This document shows positions 46,740 through 60,677 of a DNA stretch of 64,000 bases, piece after piece; positions within the stretch are counted from its first letter, which is position 1; each line of letters opens with the position of its first letter. Position numbers and translations under genes: made by a program. The notes under the pieces were generated by a model. It did not search any database and had not been told where the DNA came from. It worked only from the letters and a program-made list of their open reading frames with translations. The stretch spans positions 1,302,001-1,366,000 of the forward strand of contig JAYWIR010000011.1 in the NCBI GenBank assembly GCA_036172245.1, in the 5' to 3' direction. Origin of the DNA: Raillietiella orientalis (lineage: Eukaryota).

Positions 46740-49700
46740 CAAAACACTGAAAATCCCACTGTTTTCACGTGTGTGCGTGTGTGTTTTTTCTTTCCTGGAA
46801 TAGGAGATTGCTACCACAATTCGAGAAGACTTAGCTTTCCCAATAAAAAAAAGAAAAATTCCCGTTTGCACGTTTCAAACCCTTTCCTGTACTCACGAGG
46901 GCCTTACAGACGAAATGCTCTTTTCAGTTTGAATTCAATGAGCTCTCTGCTCACTCCAGTAGAATGTTCAGGAGGAGCATCCCTCCTCTCACATGCATCT
47001 CTCGGATCAAGCAGCCGATGAAAGGATGCGTGCAATCATCAGCCGACTTTCTCTCGCAGATTTAGAACGCAAATAAAGGGGATTAGTTCCTTGGAGAAAG
47101 AGGAAGCCGAGAGAGCAGTAGATTTCTCGCCACTGGCCCTTGCACGGGCATTCCTTGAAAGTTTTATCCACCTTTGAGTGGTGCTCTTCCACATGCCCAT
47201 GCCGTGCTAATCCGCTGCTGTTTCACATGGGGGAAGAACACTTGTCTCGTGTTACGCCAATGCACGTAATGCGCCCGGGTGTACATATAAGGGCCACAAA
47301 TCGTGTTCGTTTGATGCAGCCTCGGATGCAGAGCGGCAAACGTCAGTGTGGATGCTACCGGTTTTTTCAGCGGGTTTAAGATGGCGGGTTAAAACCTGAA
47401 AAAGAAGAAGATGGCAACCGTAAAGCTGGTTAGCTTGAACTCGTCATGGACTGCGGTGGAATGAAAGGCAATTTTTTCTTCCTTCCTTTCAAACTTCCAT
47501 CCTCAAACGGAATCAAGACGCGTTGCTTGGAGGAAAAAAAAAAAAGGTAAACTTTCGCTCCTTCTGGTGGGCAGGAGTCGGTTCAACCAGCTTGCCGATT
47601 ATAAGCTGCATTCATTCCATCAGGGGCTGCCCGTAATCGCGATAAACGAGCACCGATCTCCATTCGAAAAGTCTCGTACGTATATTCCTGGCTGCCAATC
47701 ACATGAGCGAGGCACCGGCATAAAACTCTCCACCATCTCAGTAGGTGCAACGGATGGAACCCCGGGGCTCAAGCAGATGCTGTTTGATCATTATGTAATT
47801 TGGATCCGACAGTCCCATGCCTTCGGCGGCAGAGCATCGGAGCCGCCGGCCGCGACGCGAAGACACGCAGCAGACTTTCTCCGCATCTCACGCTCGACCA
47901 GAGAGAGAGCCACGAAATTTCTCCAGGAGTCATATTTGGCGCAGCGCCTTGGAACCGTCGTCATCCACGCAAACTCTCGCACGGAATTCTAAACGGAAGG
48001 GATGAATTCTGACTCTGAAGAACTGGGTGTGTCTTTTCCTCTCGCAGGGGTGCTCGAGCGCGACCGTCATTCATGCGCGACCTGCGTATGCAGTGTGGGT
48101 TTTAAAGATGAACCATCGCTTCCGCGTGTTTGGTATCACTGTCCGCTCCAGAACACCTCCCGTGGTGGAAAAAGATCTGCAAGCGCGTCTCCGAAACTTC
48201 CATAATAAGATAAATAATATCGCATAAATTAGCATACCAGACTCATCTGCTCGAGACGAGCTTGTGGATGTGTGATGCTTTCGCTCAGCGAAACGGTTTC
48301 CATTTGTTCCTTTTTTTTTTTTTTTTTGGTTGTTCCCCCCCTACTCTCTTAGAACTTCTTTGTGCACGCTGATTGATCCCATCTTCTGCTCACGTCAGTA
48401 CGTGTGCGGCTCTTGCAAGAAGCGCTGCGGACTGAATGCTCCAAACGGGAAACCGTATTGAACGCACGTTCTCGAGGGATTCCAACTTGATCTCGGAGAG
48501 GCACGGCCATTTGGCCGACCGAGCTACTCCTATTGGGCATGGGGTGCGTGCAAACTCTTCCAGCGGGAACGTCTTGTGTACGCTTCCTGCTACCACATGC
48601 CAACTTTAAAGCCTCGATGACTCGCCTTGAATACCACGCATCTCTTCCAGAGTCTCACTGAGCTGTCGAATTCGTTTCAAGAAACCGCTCCATCCCGCTC
48701 TTCTTGGATGCAAAAATAACAGCAGCACCCGGAGCAAGCATCATTCTGACGTCTTCCTCACTCTGCTCCTACACTGCACACGTACTTGCATTGGTTTCTG
48801 AATGGATCATTTCCATTCGTGATACCATGTTGTGAGCATCCTTTTCGACAGGCACGGAACCTGCTAATGAATACAAATGGAGAAGAAGAAAAAGTGCCAA
48901 GGTAGCGGGGATGAGAGTGGTTTGTTCCACAAAGGCTTCGAGTATTTTCAAGTACCGGATCGAGTGTTATAGAACTGTGCTTGATGATGATGGCAACCTT
49001 TTTGCCGGTAGGAAGTTCATTTCGCAGTCGTAGAATACTTGAGAGCTTTCCGCAAACACTTCGGACTTGGACAGAAGGGGAGAATTTAATCGAAGCGACC
49101 CTAGATGGAAACTTACGAAGGGCAGCCATCGATCAAGTGGAAAAGGTCGAGAGGTAATTGGCACAATCAGCTGCACAGTGCGAGTGGCTGCAATGGCGAG
49201 GTACCACCGCACGCCGCTGCTCACGACGCTAGAAGGTCCACTGGGTGGCTGCTAGCTTTGCCCAGCACAGCAGTGTCCGAACACCAGACGGTTTCAAGGA
49301 CGGTTCCCGACACGGATGGCCACGTGACTTTCGGTGTGGTTCTGATCATGTTCGAGCTCAGTGACTGAGCATAGCAAGACTCTTTGTCATGCTTCGGAAC
49401 TGGGGAAACGAAATGGAGACTCTGCTTGAAGATCTGCGCAGCATCATAACAGAATGAATGAATGAATGATGCAGTTGAGGTTTCCAAGCTTGCCGCCTTT
49501 TTCCACTTGAATAAAGTATATCGATGATTCCAGGTATGGAGGAGGACGCTGAAACAGAACTGCACGTGTTGTTTTCTGCTGACGACCCAGTCCTCGAGCA
49601 ACATTAGTTCCTTCCAGTATGTACTTTCGTGGTACGTGGAAAACGCTTAAGACAACATAAGCTGATCGAGCTTGAGAGTGAACACGGATCAATGTTCCAA

Positions 49701-52700
49701 TTTGCATAACTGCAACCTGATCGTGTTTGCAAATCCATGTTCACAGACACAAGTCCTCCATTTGGGCATGGGATGGAGATTATCTGTAAATACCATGCGA
49801 AATGACGAGGAAGAGACCATTTTTAATTTTGCAATGAAGATTAACCATATTCCTCCTACTAGTTTTAAAGCATTGAGAAGTTTTTTCAGCGTATCCGCAT
49901 CGCGGATACAGAAAATCCAAAGGCTTGTGGCAGAAAACTCCAGGATTTGCATGGTTTGGTTTGGAAAGAAATTTTGAAAATTACTAAAGATAATAATGAG
50001 CTTTAGAGCATACGCAAATCCCATCAGTTTCCGCACCACTCCAAGAGACTAAACCACTATTATCTACAGTCAATCCACAAACACTCAGAAGTATCTCGTC
50101 AAATCACGATTCAATCCAGTTTCGTTCTCCCAATCCCATTCAAGGCATCCCAAGCTTTTCTAAATCACCAGAATCAAGAAATTCAAAATGTTTGTATGTT
50201 GGATAAGACAGAAACTCAACACAGTAGCCACTCTTCTTAGGAACACACTGTGCTTGTCTTATGCCTTCAACCACTTCATAAAGTAATCATCAGTGGATTC
50301 ATTCATAGCAGCACCTGGCAGGGGGAAACTTTCAACAGCGTAGTCTACAGAATTATTCCAGAACCTAAGGCATGTGAAAGCAAGTCATTACCATATCTTT
50401 GAAGACCAGTATCAAAGGAGCAGCGGCTCAACGGAACTGATGCCTTTACATTCAACACTCAAAGCTAAGCTCGAAAACAGATAGAGCCTGGAATGCTCTT
50501 CAGCACTAAAACGCACTATGTACAGCTTTGCCTTATAGTATCCAAATACATTACAGAATTTGATGATGCATTCCATTTGAGACAAAAGTATTGAATTCAG
50601 CTCACCACTTTTCACTTTGTCTGCGAGCTATTACTTCCTCCCTAGCCTACCCATGAGGAGTTATTACAGGAAAAAAAACACGAACTCTTTCACTCTTTCT
50701 GCAGAACCATATTTCCGACTGTCTCCTACACTGACAACTCCACTAACTCCTTTTATGCTTCTAACATCTTGCTACGTGAGAGTATGTCATGGTTTCCCAT
50801 CTCCAACAGAAGGCATACTTGTCAACTTTGTTCACATAGGTTTCTAAAGCCCAACTGATCTTCTAAAGCCAGAACCAGCAATGTTTCACGACTCGCCGCG
50901 AAGCCATCTCATACCGACAAACTCTGGGAAATCCAAAGTTCATCGTTTCGACGTTACGTGATAGTTTTACTTAAGGAAATCGTGTTTAGAGATGTCAGGG
51001 ACACACGCAACCCTTCCCACAAAGCAAAGGTCGGAACAGAAAGCCTGACGTAAATAGAAAATTGAAATCTTCCTCATGGTTCCGTGCACGAAAAAGCAAT
51101 CAAACGGCACGCCGAGATTCAAAGAGTAGACAAATATTTGCCCCCGATTCAAGAGCACAAGCAACAGCATTCAAAACAGCGAAGCAGTCCAAGACATGGA
51201 GTCCAATTCACGAAGGTGCAGGTGCCGTGGACAGCGTATAAAAAATCCATACATCGTTCTGAAAGCTTAAATAATTACATTCAGGAACTGGAACCATAAC
51301 TAAGGGAGCACCTGAAAAACGCTTGACGCTTCCGCTGTCACCAAAACCTTCCAACAGTAACTCCAAAAGTACAAGTTCACTGCAAATACCCATGAGCTGC
51401 CATCCCTGTTCCAGGTGAAGGCGCTGTCGAGATCTCCACAAACTAGATCTAGGACATGCAAAGGGACTTCTTCCTGAGCCATTCACAACACTGCTCGGAA
51501 TAAGATCCCAATCCGTGGACTTCAAAGACCAGACCATTGCCACGATGACGTGGAGCGGCATTGAAGTTTCTCTACATTGAAGATATTCACTTATCAATAC
51601 TCGGGCCCCCTTCCAACGAGCCGTGTAGAGAAACCCTATCGTTTCCACCCAACGGAATGACGGAGAAGGCCGGAGACCAACGTACCAAATCTTACTGCAG
51701 ACAGATACAACTGATTGAAGAGTACTTCGCATTTGGGGACAGTCCATCGTCAAAAAACCATATGGAAAGCTTCCAAAGCAGGCACTTTGGGAGTTCTGCT
51801 ACTTTCAACCCGATGCATGAATACTGTTTATGGGGAGGAAGAGTGCATCAGATAGACGTGACTGTATTTTGGACGGGGGAGAGGGATAAAGCATCATGTT
51901 TAGGCAATGTGAAAACATCTACCTGATGAGCATATTTCTCATGTGTGTTAAACGAATCAGTGAGGCCAGCCAAGGGTTTCACGTCATTCATTAGCACATA
52001 TCTCCAATGTGCAGAGTGAGCCTCATTCATTTCCTATCGACCTTTAGCCACTTTCTCCAAAAGTTGGAAATGATCATTTCAAGGAAAGAATCGCAAATTT
52101 CAAATGAGCTCACTCTTTCAGTTGTGGTCATACATGACAGACGAACGGGATTAGAATGGTTGAATGGTGATGGAATGGTGTTACGATGGAATCAAATCAA
52201 TACCTCACCATTCGAAAATACGATCAAAGTCTGAATCACGAGGTGTCAGAAAGTCGGGCCTTTATTCCCCGTATTGGGAAAGACCTATTCCCTACGTTTC
52301 CACATCACGTGAAAAGAGCAGGGCGAGGAAGAAACCATACAATGCAGGCGAACTGCGTTGCATTTAACAAGCACGGCTGGGGAAAGGCGGCTCGGAAGCC
52401 CCCCGGGGCGGATGCGGTTCCACTGGTGCTTCCCACAGTTCTTTCAGCCTGCGTTCCTGCAGAACGCTGATAGAAATTAGGGGAATACAGGAAACGGGAA
52501 ACATGCAGATGGAGATCACATGCAGCTTTGCGTACAAGTGAGCATAACATACTTTACCAAGCAGTCTGCAGCGAAAGATCCAGGACGTTTTTATTTTTAT
52601 GTCACAAGTATTTCACTATTCAGAGCTTAAGAATACAATGATTCTTTACGCATCTAAAATATGCATAGGACATACTCGTTTGGAAACATCCAAGTTAATA

Positions 52701-53317
52701 CTGGCAATCAATTGCACTCCGGAAACGTACACAACGCCGCAATGTCGTTTGATTCTAGCATACTACAACTCTGAATCGCGCTTGTTAACAAAAAAGAAAA
52801 AATTCCCAAGTTGCAAAAAAAATTGTACAGTTCAATCGATGGCAGAAACTGGATGAGGCAAATAGATCTTTGGTTTATAATAATATATAAATTATTTGAC
52901 GCAAATACTTTACAATTTTGAAGAGCTCCAATTTGCTTTAAAATGATCTGTTCAAATCAGTAGCAATTTATTTATTTATTTGTCAGAAATAATTACTATT
53001 CTTTACGATTCCATTTCATGGTACCAGCACATCAAGGTGCCAAGATTTCAAAATCTGCACTTCCCTTTCTCCAAGTCCTTAGGAAAAAATTTACTACTAT
53101 TCATAATGCTTTCACGCCAACCTAATGAATTCATCTTAAAATAAACATTAAAGAAATATTATCTTGCCTCTGAGTTTGTCAGCAAGTGAAATTTATCACT
53201 AAAATTGCTTTCATTGATTTCACTCGTGACTGAAAGTGTTTTTCTGAATGAAAATAGAAACCAAACAGCTTTAAGTTACCTCTTATGAATGCAGATCCGG
53301 AAATAAAAACATATCAA

Positions 53318-54853
53318 TCATAGCTCTTTAGGATCGTATGAGGTAATGTTTAACTTAAAACTTCCATGCTTCCCAATGCCTGAAAGGAACTGGGCAGCAC
53401 CCTTAACTGCTTCCTACAAATATGTAGAAATAAGCAGTTTTTTACATTTTTAAAACTTACTTTTTCTAAAATTTGAACAGCATGACAATACTCATACTGT
53501 AAGGCTTCTTTAATATCGACCTCACTGAAAGCAGAATGGTATGCTGAGTTTCGATCAACCAGCATGCCTTCTTGTGGAAATTTTGCCAGACTATGGGCTA
53601 ATTTAAGTGCTTCGCCCATGGCTAAAAAAAATGCTATCAAAAATGCGTTCGTACACCCATATCAATATGCTCATATGTTATCAAAATGAAAAAAATCAAA
53701 ATCATGCTACTAAACACTTCAAAAATCAAATGGAACCATGAATGCTGCATCACTGTTCCTGTATTCAAATTATGTTAAATGTCACAGGTTACAGAAAGCA
53801 TGTTATGTCAACAGCTGTACATTTTACATTCTGATTTATGTCAGTTAGCATAGGGACTGGGCTACTATGCATTTAGGGTATCTAACATAATGTTTTAATC
53901 TGCAGGGCCTATTGCATACTGAAAAATGCTTGGAAGTAGTTATCTGCAGTCTCAATTGTATGAATTTGATTTGAGGTAAAAAAAAAAAACAATTGATGGT
54001 GACCTGATTTCAAAACATACACACATACTTTTGAAACATTTATCACCTGTTCCACAAGGTACAAGTCGGTTGGCTAAACCCCACTCAAAGGCTTCTTTAC
54101 CAGTTATTCGACGTCCAGTAAGAATCATGTCCATTGCTCTTGATAGACCAATCAATTTTGGAAGACGGGCAGTACAACCATCAACCATGGGTATTCCTAG
54201 TAACAAAAACCTGCCTATATAACACTTGCCAAAAAGAATCATAGTTAAATACACAATTGTACAGTTTAAATAATACTGATTCAAAATATCGTATATAATA
54301 TAAATACCATATCTTCTGCAAAACATGCCCATTATAGCAGTTTCCTCTATTACACGAAGATCACACCATAATGCCAGTTCCAAACCACCAGCAACAGCAT
54401 ACCCATTTACTGCAGCTATGATGGGCTTACTAAGCAGCATCTTTGAAGGTCCCTAAATTGCGCTGTGTTGGGGTACATTTCGAAAACTTTCTCACCATAC
54501 ACCCTTCACTCAGAATATCCATTTTCCTTAAAAGGCATTCATCTTTGCTAATTTCTTTGAAATCAAGTCCTGAACAGAAATTTCCTCCATTTCCATATAT
54601 GACAGCAACTGCTGAATTGTCATCCTTCTCAAATGAATGGAAAGCATCAATAAGCTGATTATGCATGTCCAAGTTTATACAGTTGCGTTTTGCAGGACGG
54701 TTTAAACCAATTAAGGAGACACTTCCAATTTTTTCAATCAGCAGAAACTTCTCTTAATGCAATATTCACAACATGTATTTCTCTTAGAGTTCACTCACCA
54801 TTTACAGATGTGCATATATTTCGGGCATACCAACTGCAGAGTTTCGACCACAT
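53318..54853 (-). CDS. Enoyl-CoA hydratase/isomerase (crotonase) family protein, possibly mitochondrial
   Basis: Exons (minus): 54853-54799, 54752-54496, 54452-54308, 54196-54047, 53621-53461, 53413-53318 (TGA). Crotonase motifs IGLNRPAKRNCIN, GNFCSGLDFKE, KPIIAAVNGYAVAGGLELALWCDLR, RLPKLIGLSRAMDMILTGR. All splice phases agree. Confidence 0.95.
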
Positions 54854-55789
54854 GCTAATATATTTTCCACAAGAACATGAGACAGGGTGCTACAAATGTT
54901 TGTGGGCTACTTTAAGACACTAACTACTTTACATTTTTAATAACTTCACTCAGACTTCCTAATTCACTACTACAGAAACAAAGGCAAAAACTGATTATTA
55001 CAAATAACTACAGTATAATAAACATGGGTATTACCAAAATAACACCATAAGTGTTCAGCACAAAAGATTTGTCATTAATCTAGAGTAAAGTTTTCCATGT
55101 ACAAAACATGAAAACTTTTTCCTAAGAACAATTTAAAATTACAACATATTTGATGAATAAGTGAACATGCTAGGAATCATTATGTATGCTCCAAATATGT
55201 TTCTTTCACCATCAATATACAATATTAAGGCTGGCATCATGTATCACAGGAAGTACAACTATTTGAATTAAACAAATTCATGGCTGTAATCATGTGATTA
55301 ATGATGTATTAATGATGTATTATCATTAATTCTCCCCTCTCATGATTTCATTTGCACCTTTCATGTTTTGGTCTGATAATGACTTGTGCATGTGCAACCA
55401 AAATGAATTCTGACATTACAAAAGTATTACAATTACCAGAAAGGTTTGTAGAGCATAGAACAGGTAGAACACAAATTTACACAAGGCGGCAAAATCAAAA
55501 TGAATGTACTTGAACTCGAGTTCGGACCTGGTAACTACACTGCATTACTGAAAACAACTATAACATCCATAAGACTGATATGACTCATATAGAAGCACAC
55601 ACAATCATGAAACGCCTACCCTCATATTCAAATGCCTATTCAATTTATTAAACCAATGCATCCCACGTAATAGCCTGCATCTGAAATTTTTCATGGAGAA
55701 TAGGATACAAAAGGGCGTTTTTTTCTAACATCGGATCCTAATCTACCAGCTGCAATGAGACTTTCATCATTCCGTGGCTCATCAACATG

Positions 55790-58090
55790 TAAACAAATAA
55801 CGACCTGATGGGTTCCCCGGGAACCATCTACGGAAAGGATCCTCCGCTCCGGACGAAGAACAAAAGTGAGAGAGGGAGGAAAGAGGGGGAAAAAATGCCC
55901 CTCCTTTCACTTTCCGTGACAACGAGCCTTCCACCTGACTGCCAAGCGGGAGCTGAGACGCCCTCTTCCCTACCATAACATGAGGACTCCTCGCCTCCTG
56001 CCGTCGAATATGCGTGGCCTGCTGGAACGTCAGTGATCTTCGCGACGACGGTGGCAGACGAGATACAGCCACTGCTTCCTTGAAGTCATCCGACCTGGCG
56101 CTCTCGAAGGAGATCCACGTGATCCCAGCGGAAAAAAACGCCCAGGAAAGCGAATGGGTTGCGGGCGGTAGGCCGTTTCTCACCCGGGTGCTCCGGGGCG
56201 TTTATTACTAAACTATCCGGGAACGAGGTTCTCGGCAAAGGGTACAGAAAAATGAAGGAAGGGCTCCCCAACACGCAGGTCGGTAAAACCGAAAGTCCGG
56301 AGCGGGAGGGAGGGGACCGCGAATAAATATATAAAAAAATATAAATAAAAATATGGGGACGGTAGAGGACAGAGGTCTTTGGTATCGGCCGTTCTTCCTT
56401 TCCAAAATCGGCGTTGGATGCCGCGGATCTCCTTCCTGACGTCTTCTGGAAGATGACGCTATCTGGCAGCCGTCGTCATGTTGTCGTTGGCGACTGCGGT
56501 GGCCTTTCGAGGGATCGCCTGCGCCTCCAGCTGGGAGGGGGGCCGTGACGATGGCGCAGATGCAACAGATCGTTGCAATTACCGCACCTACCGACAGGCC
56601 GCCTGGCGTGAAGAATCGGCGCTTTAATGTTCTTGCGGTATCCCTGGTGCAGGACAGCTGAAGCCAGCCTCCTCCACAGTCCTCAGAGGGCACCGCAGCC
56701 GAAAAGCAGGTGCGGGAGTGTTTCCACTTCTCCGCACCTTTTGCAGTTCGGTGAGACAACTCCCCAGGAAACACGGTTCGTCCGCTGGTTGGAGTGAAAA
56801 CCCCAATGCACCAGCATGATGACGTCCTGCTTCCAAGAATGGGGGGAACACAGAAGTGTTCGCGCACGGGAGAGGGACCACAAGTTCTTCGGGGGGCACA
56901 CTCAAGAGTTCGCTCCACCGAAAGAGTCGCTTCAAAATGTTGCGAAGCGTGGCGACGCCTGCCAGCTCGCTAGTCCTCCAGCCGCCCATAAATCGGGTTG
57001 CTCCCACGATGGTGCAGGCGATCACCCACCTCGCCGGTAGGCAACTGCCATCACTTGCCCTGAGGACTGACAGAGCGTCGGCGAGAGGCGTGATGGCCAG
57101 GCGAGTCCACTTCTCCTGGTTGTTCATGACCTCCTCCACCATATAGTACGGAGAGAGGTTGACGTAACCGAGTTCCAAAATGGAAACATCCTGTTGCCTT
57201 GCCCAGGCATACAACGGTTCCTGCCGCCAGGCGTTAAAGTTCTTTGGGAGGCAGAAGATCCATGCGTGGGCTACCAGGAACCGGTAGAGAGATTTCAAAG
57301 GGAAACTAAAGCTCCTCGTGGCGTGCTCCGTATGCGGTAGTAACGAAAGTCCGTCGCTGCCGGTGCAGCGCCGCAGTAGCAGGCGCGTGGGAGCACACCA
57401 CGGAGTGGACCAAAGTTTGGCGCAAAGGGCCAACATTGGAAATTGCACCTGCAGTTTGATTCTCTCCACCGTCAGGATGCCTAAACCGGCATCCCCATGC
57501 GGAGCCGCCAAGTCTTTTAGGTGGATCCTGGACCTCGCGGGTCCCCACAAAGCGTTTCTCAACAGGCGTCTCGTCTGGAGCTTGACCGAGTAGGGGGGTG
57601 GGCAAAGAAAAAGGAGGGGCGTAAGAGGGGGGCAACGAAAGTGTTCCAAACGGAGGCCCGCTCCTGCAGGAGGAACCTGCGAGCTTGGAACGGGCCCAGA
57701 GCATTCTCAGCCTTCCGAAGGCAGTCCACGATTCCGCGCGCTTCTGCACGGTCGCACATCTGCTGAAGCCGGGCGTCGACAGCGTGGCAACGAAAGAGGC
57801 AGAGAAAGGATAGAGTTCATCGATAGTCCCGAAGCGCGACTGGCTGGTGGTCGCAGGCGGGCATCAAGCCCACCAGATTGCAGTGCATTTCAATGTTCCC
57901 CTTGCTCCCGGGTATGGCAGCCTGAGGAAGGGACATGGTCAACGAGTTGCACGCGCTTCCATATAAATGTGCAACCTGTTAGCCCATGTTCTCGGCATTG
58001 AGAGCAGTGTCGATCGCGGTTTCCTGGACGACCACCCGCGGGCGCGGGTCGGTCATCGTAGCGGCTCGCAAGCTCCGTAAAACCTCATTC
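55790..58090 (-). mobile_element. 5'-truncated, frameshifted L1/Tx1-type non-LTR retrotransposon (RT C-terminus, post-RT region, C-terminal zinc finger, long 3' region)
   Basis: ORF 56624-57649 has NALWGPARSRIHLKDLAAPHGDAGLGI (L1-clade post-RT motif). ORF 56683-56901 has CKRCGEVETLPHLLFGC (zf-RVT). It is a GC-rich island in AT-rich DNA with a U-rich tract at 56320-56353. Boundaries are approximate and no target-site duplication was seen. Confidence 0.88.
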
Positions 58091-58829
58091 ACTCAGCTTT
58101 GAGCACTGCTTCGAAAAAAACGGCAGAAGCGCTTACACGTCATCATATATCGGCCCCATGAATTGGACAGCTGAGTATGTATACTGTGTTTCAAGACGAA
58201 GTTGCAGCCGTTTAACCTTGCTCACGGGTAACAACACGTGGAACATTTCTGGTTAGCACTCATCTGTCAATGAAGCAACGTTCCATATTTATCACTTGTC
58301 TTATGAATGCTGTGGCACATTTGGTCAAACCAAGATACAGAGTTGTTTTGCAAAAATGGATTTAATGAATGCACTTGACATTGAGCCAGGGTGGTATTGG
58401 GGAACAAGATCCATCACCTCATCACGACTAAAGTTGGTAAAAAGTTTCTACAAGTGATTCTCATCATGATTCAGTCCGTTTGCTATTAAATGGGAGCCAG
58501 TGACATGCAGGGCATAGATGGAAAACATTAAGTTCACACAGCAGTGTCTGTTCGTGCCGCATCTGAAACACAAATGCTGGGTTCACAGAGGGTGACAAAA
58601 TCACGGAGCTGATTTCTGCTGCGACTCACCCGAGCTATGTATGTGGAACAAAGTTAAAACGGCAGAGTTGGGTATTTTTTCCTTGACACCGTTTTTGTTG
58701 AAAGATCACAGATGAAGCTTCTTGTGATGCAATGAATGAGTGACGTTGTTTTTTCATTACTTTCAAATTTTCATTACTTTCAAAATTCGAATGAATAGTA
58801 ATCAAAACCGAAATCTGATTGACATTCCT

Positions 58830-58835
58830 TTTATT
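58830..58835 (-). terminator. Probable ATE1 polyadenylation signal AATAAA
   Basis: About 125 nt downstream of the ATE1 stop codon. Confidence 0.55.
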
Positions 58836-58959
58836 TTGTTATAATCCAATGATTTCCGTGATAGGGATCACGGAAAGTTCCCGTGCTACCAATCTCAATG
58901 ATCTTTTCATTTTGGAAATTAGTACTGGGAAACATGATGCTCCCTTTATGAGCTTCATA

Positions 58960-60562
<1,603 letters not shown>

Positions 60563-60604
60563 GGCTGCTTTGCTCCCTACACCAATAGACAAGTATTAAA
60601 ACTA

Positions 60605-60610
60605 TTTATT
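60605..60610 (-). terminator. Probable ING3 polyadenylation signal AATAAA
   Basis: About 70 nt downstream of the ING3 stop codon. Confidence 0.55.
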
Positions 60611-60677
60611 AAATGATGAAAACATGAGTGGTCATAGGCTCTGGAAAGCCTTCCACTTGAAATACAAAAATGCCATT

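Noticed and set aside
47900..48230. Loose resemblance of APWNR...ILNGRDEF to C18orf63-type proteins
   Set aside because: Short match from memory only; the expected downstream motifs were not found.
48960..49080. Kinase-like PTGKKVAII on the minus strand
   Set aside because: No catalytic Lys, Gly loop, or HRD/DFG motifs nearby.
58751..58784. 17-nt tandem duplication
   Set aside because: Ordinary slippage duplication in AT-rich intergenic DNA.
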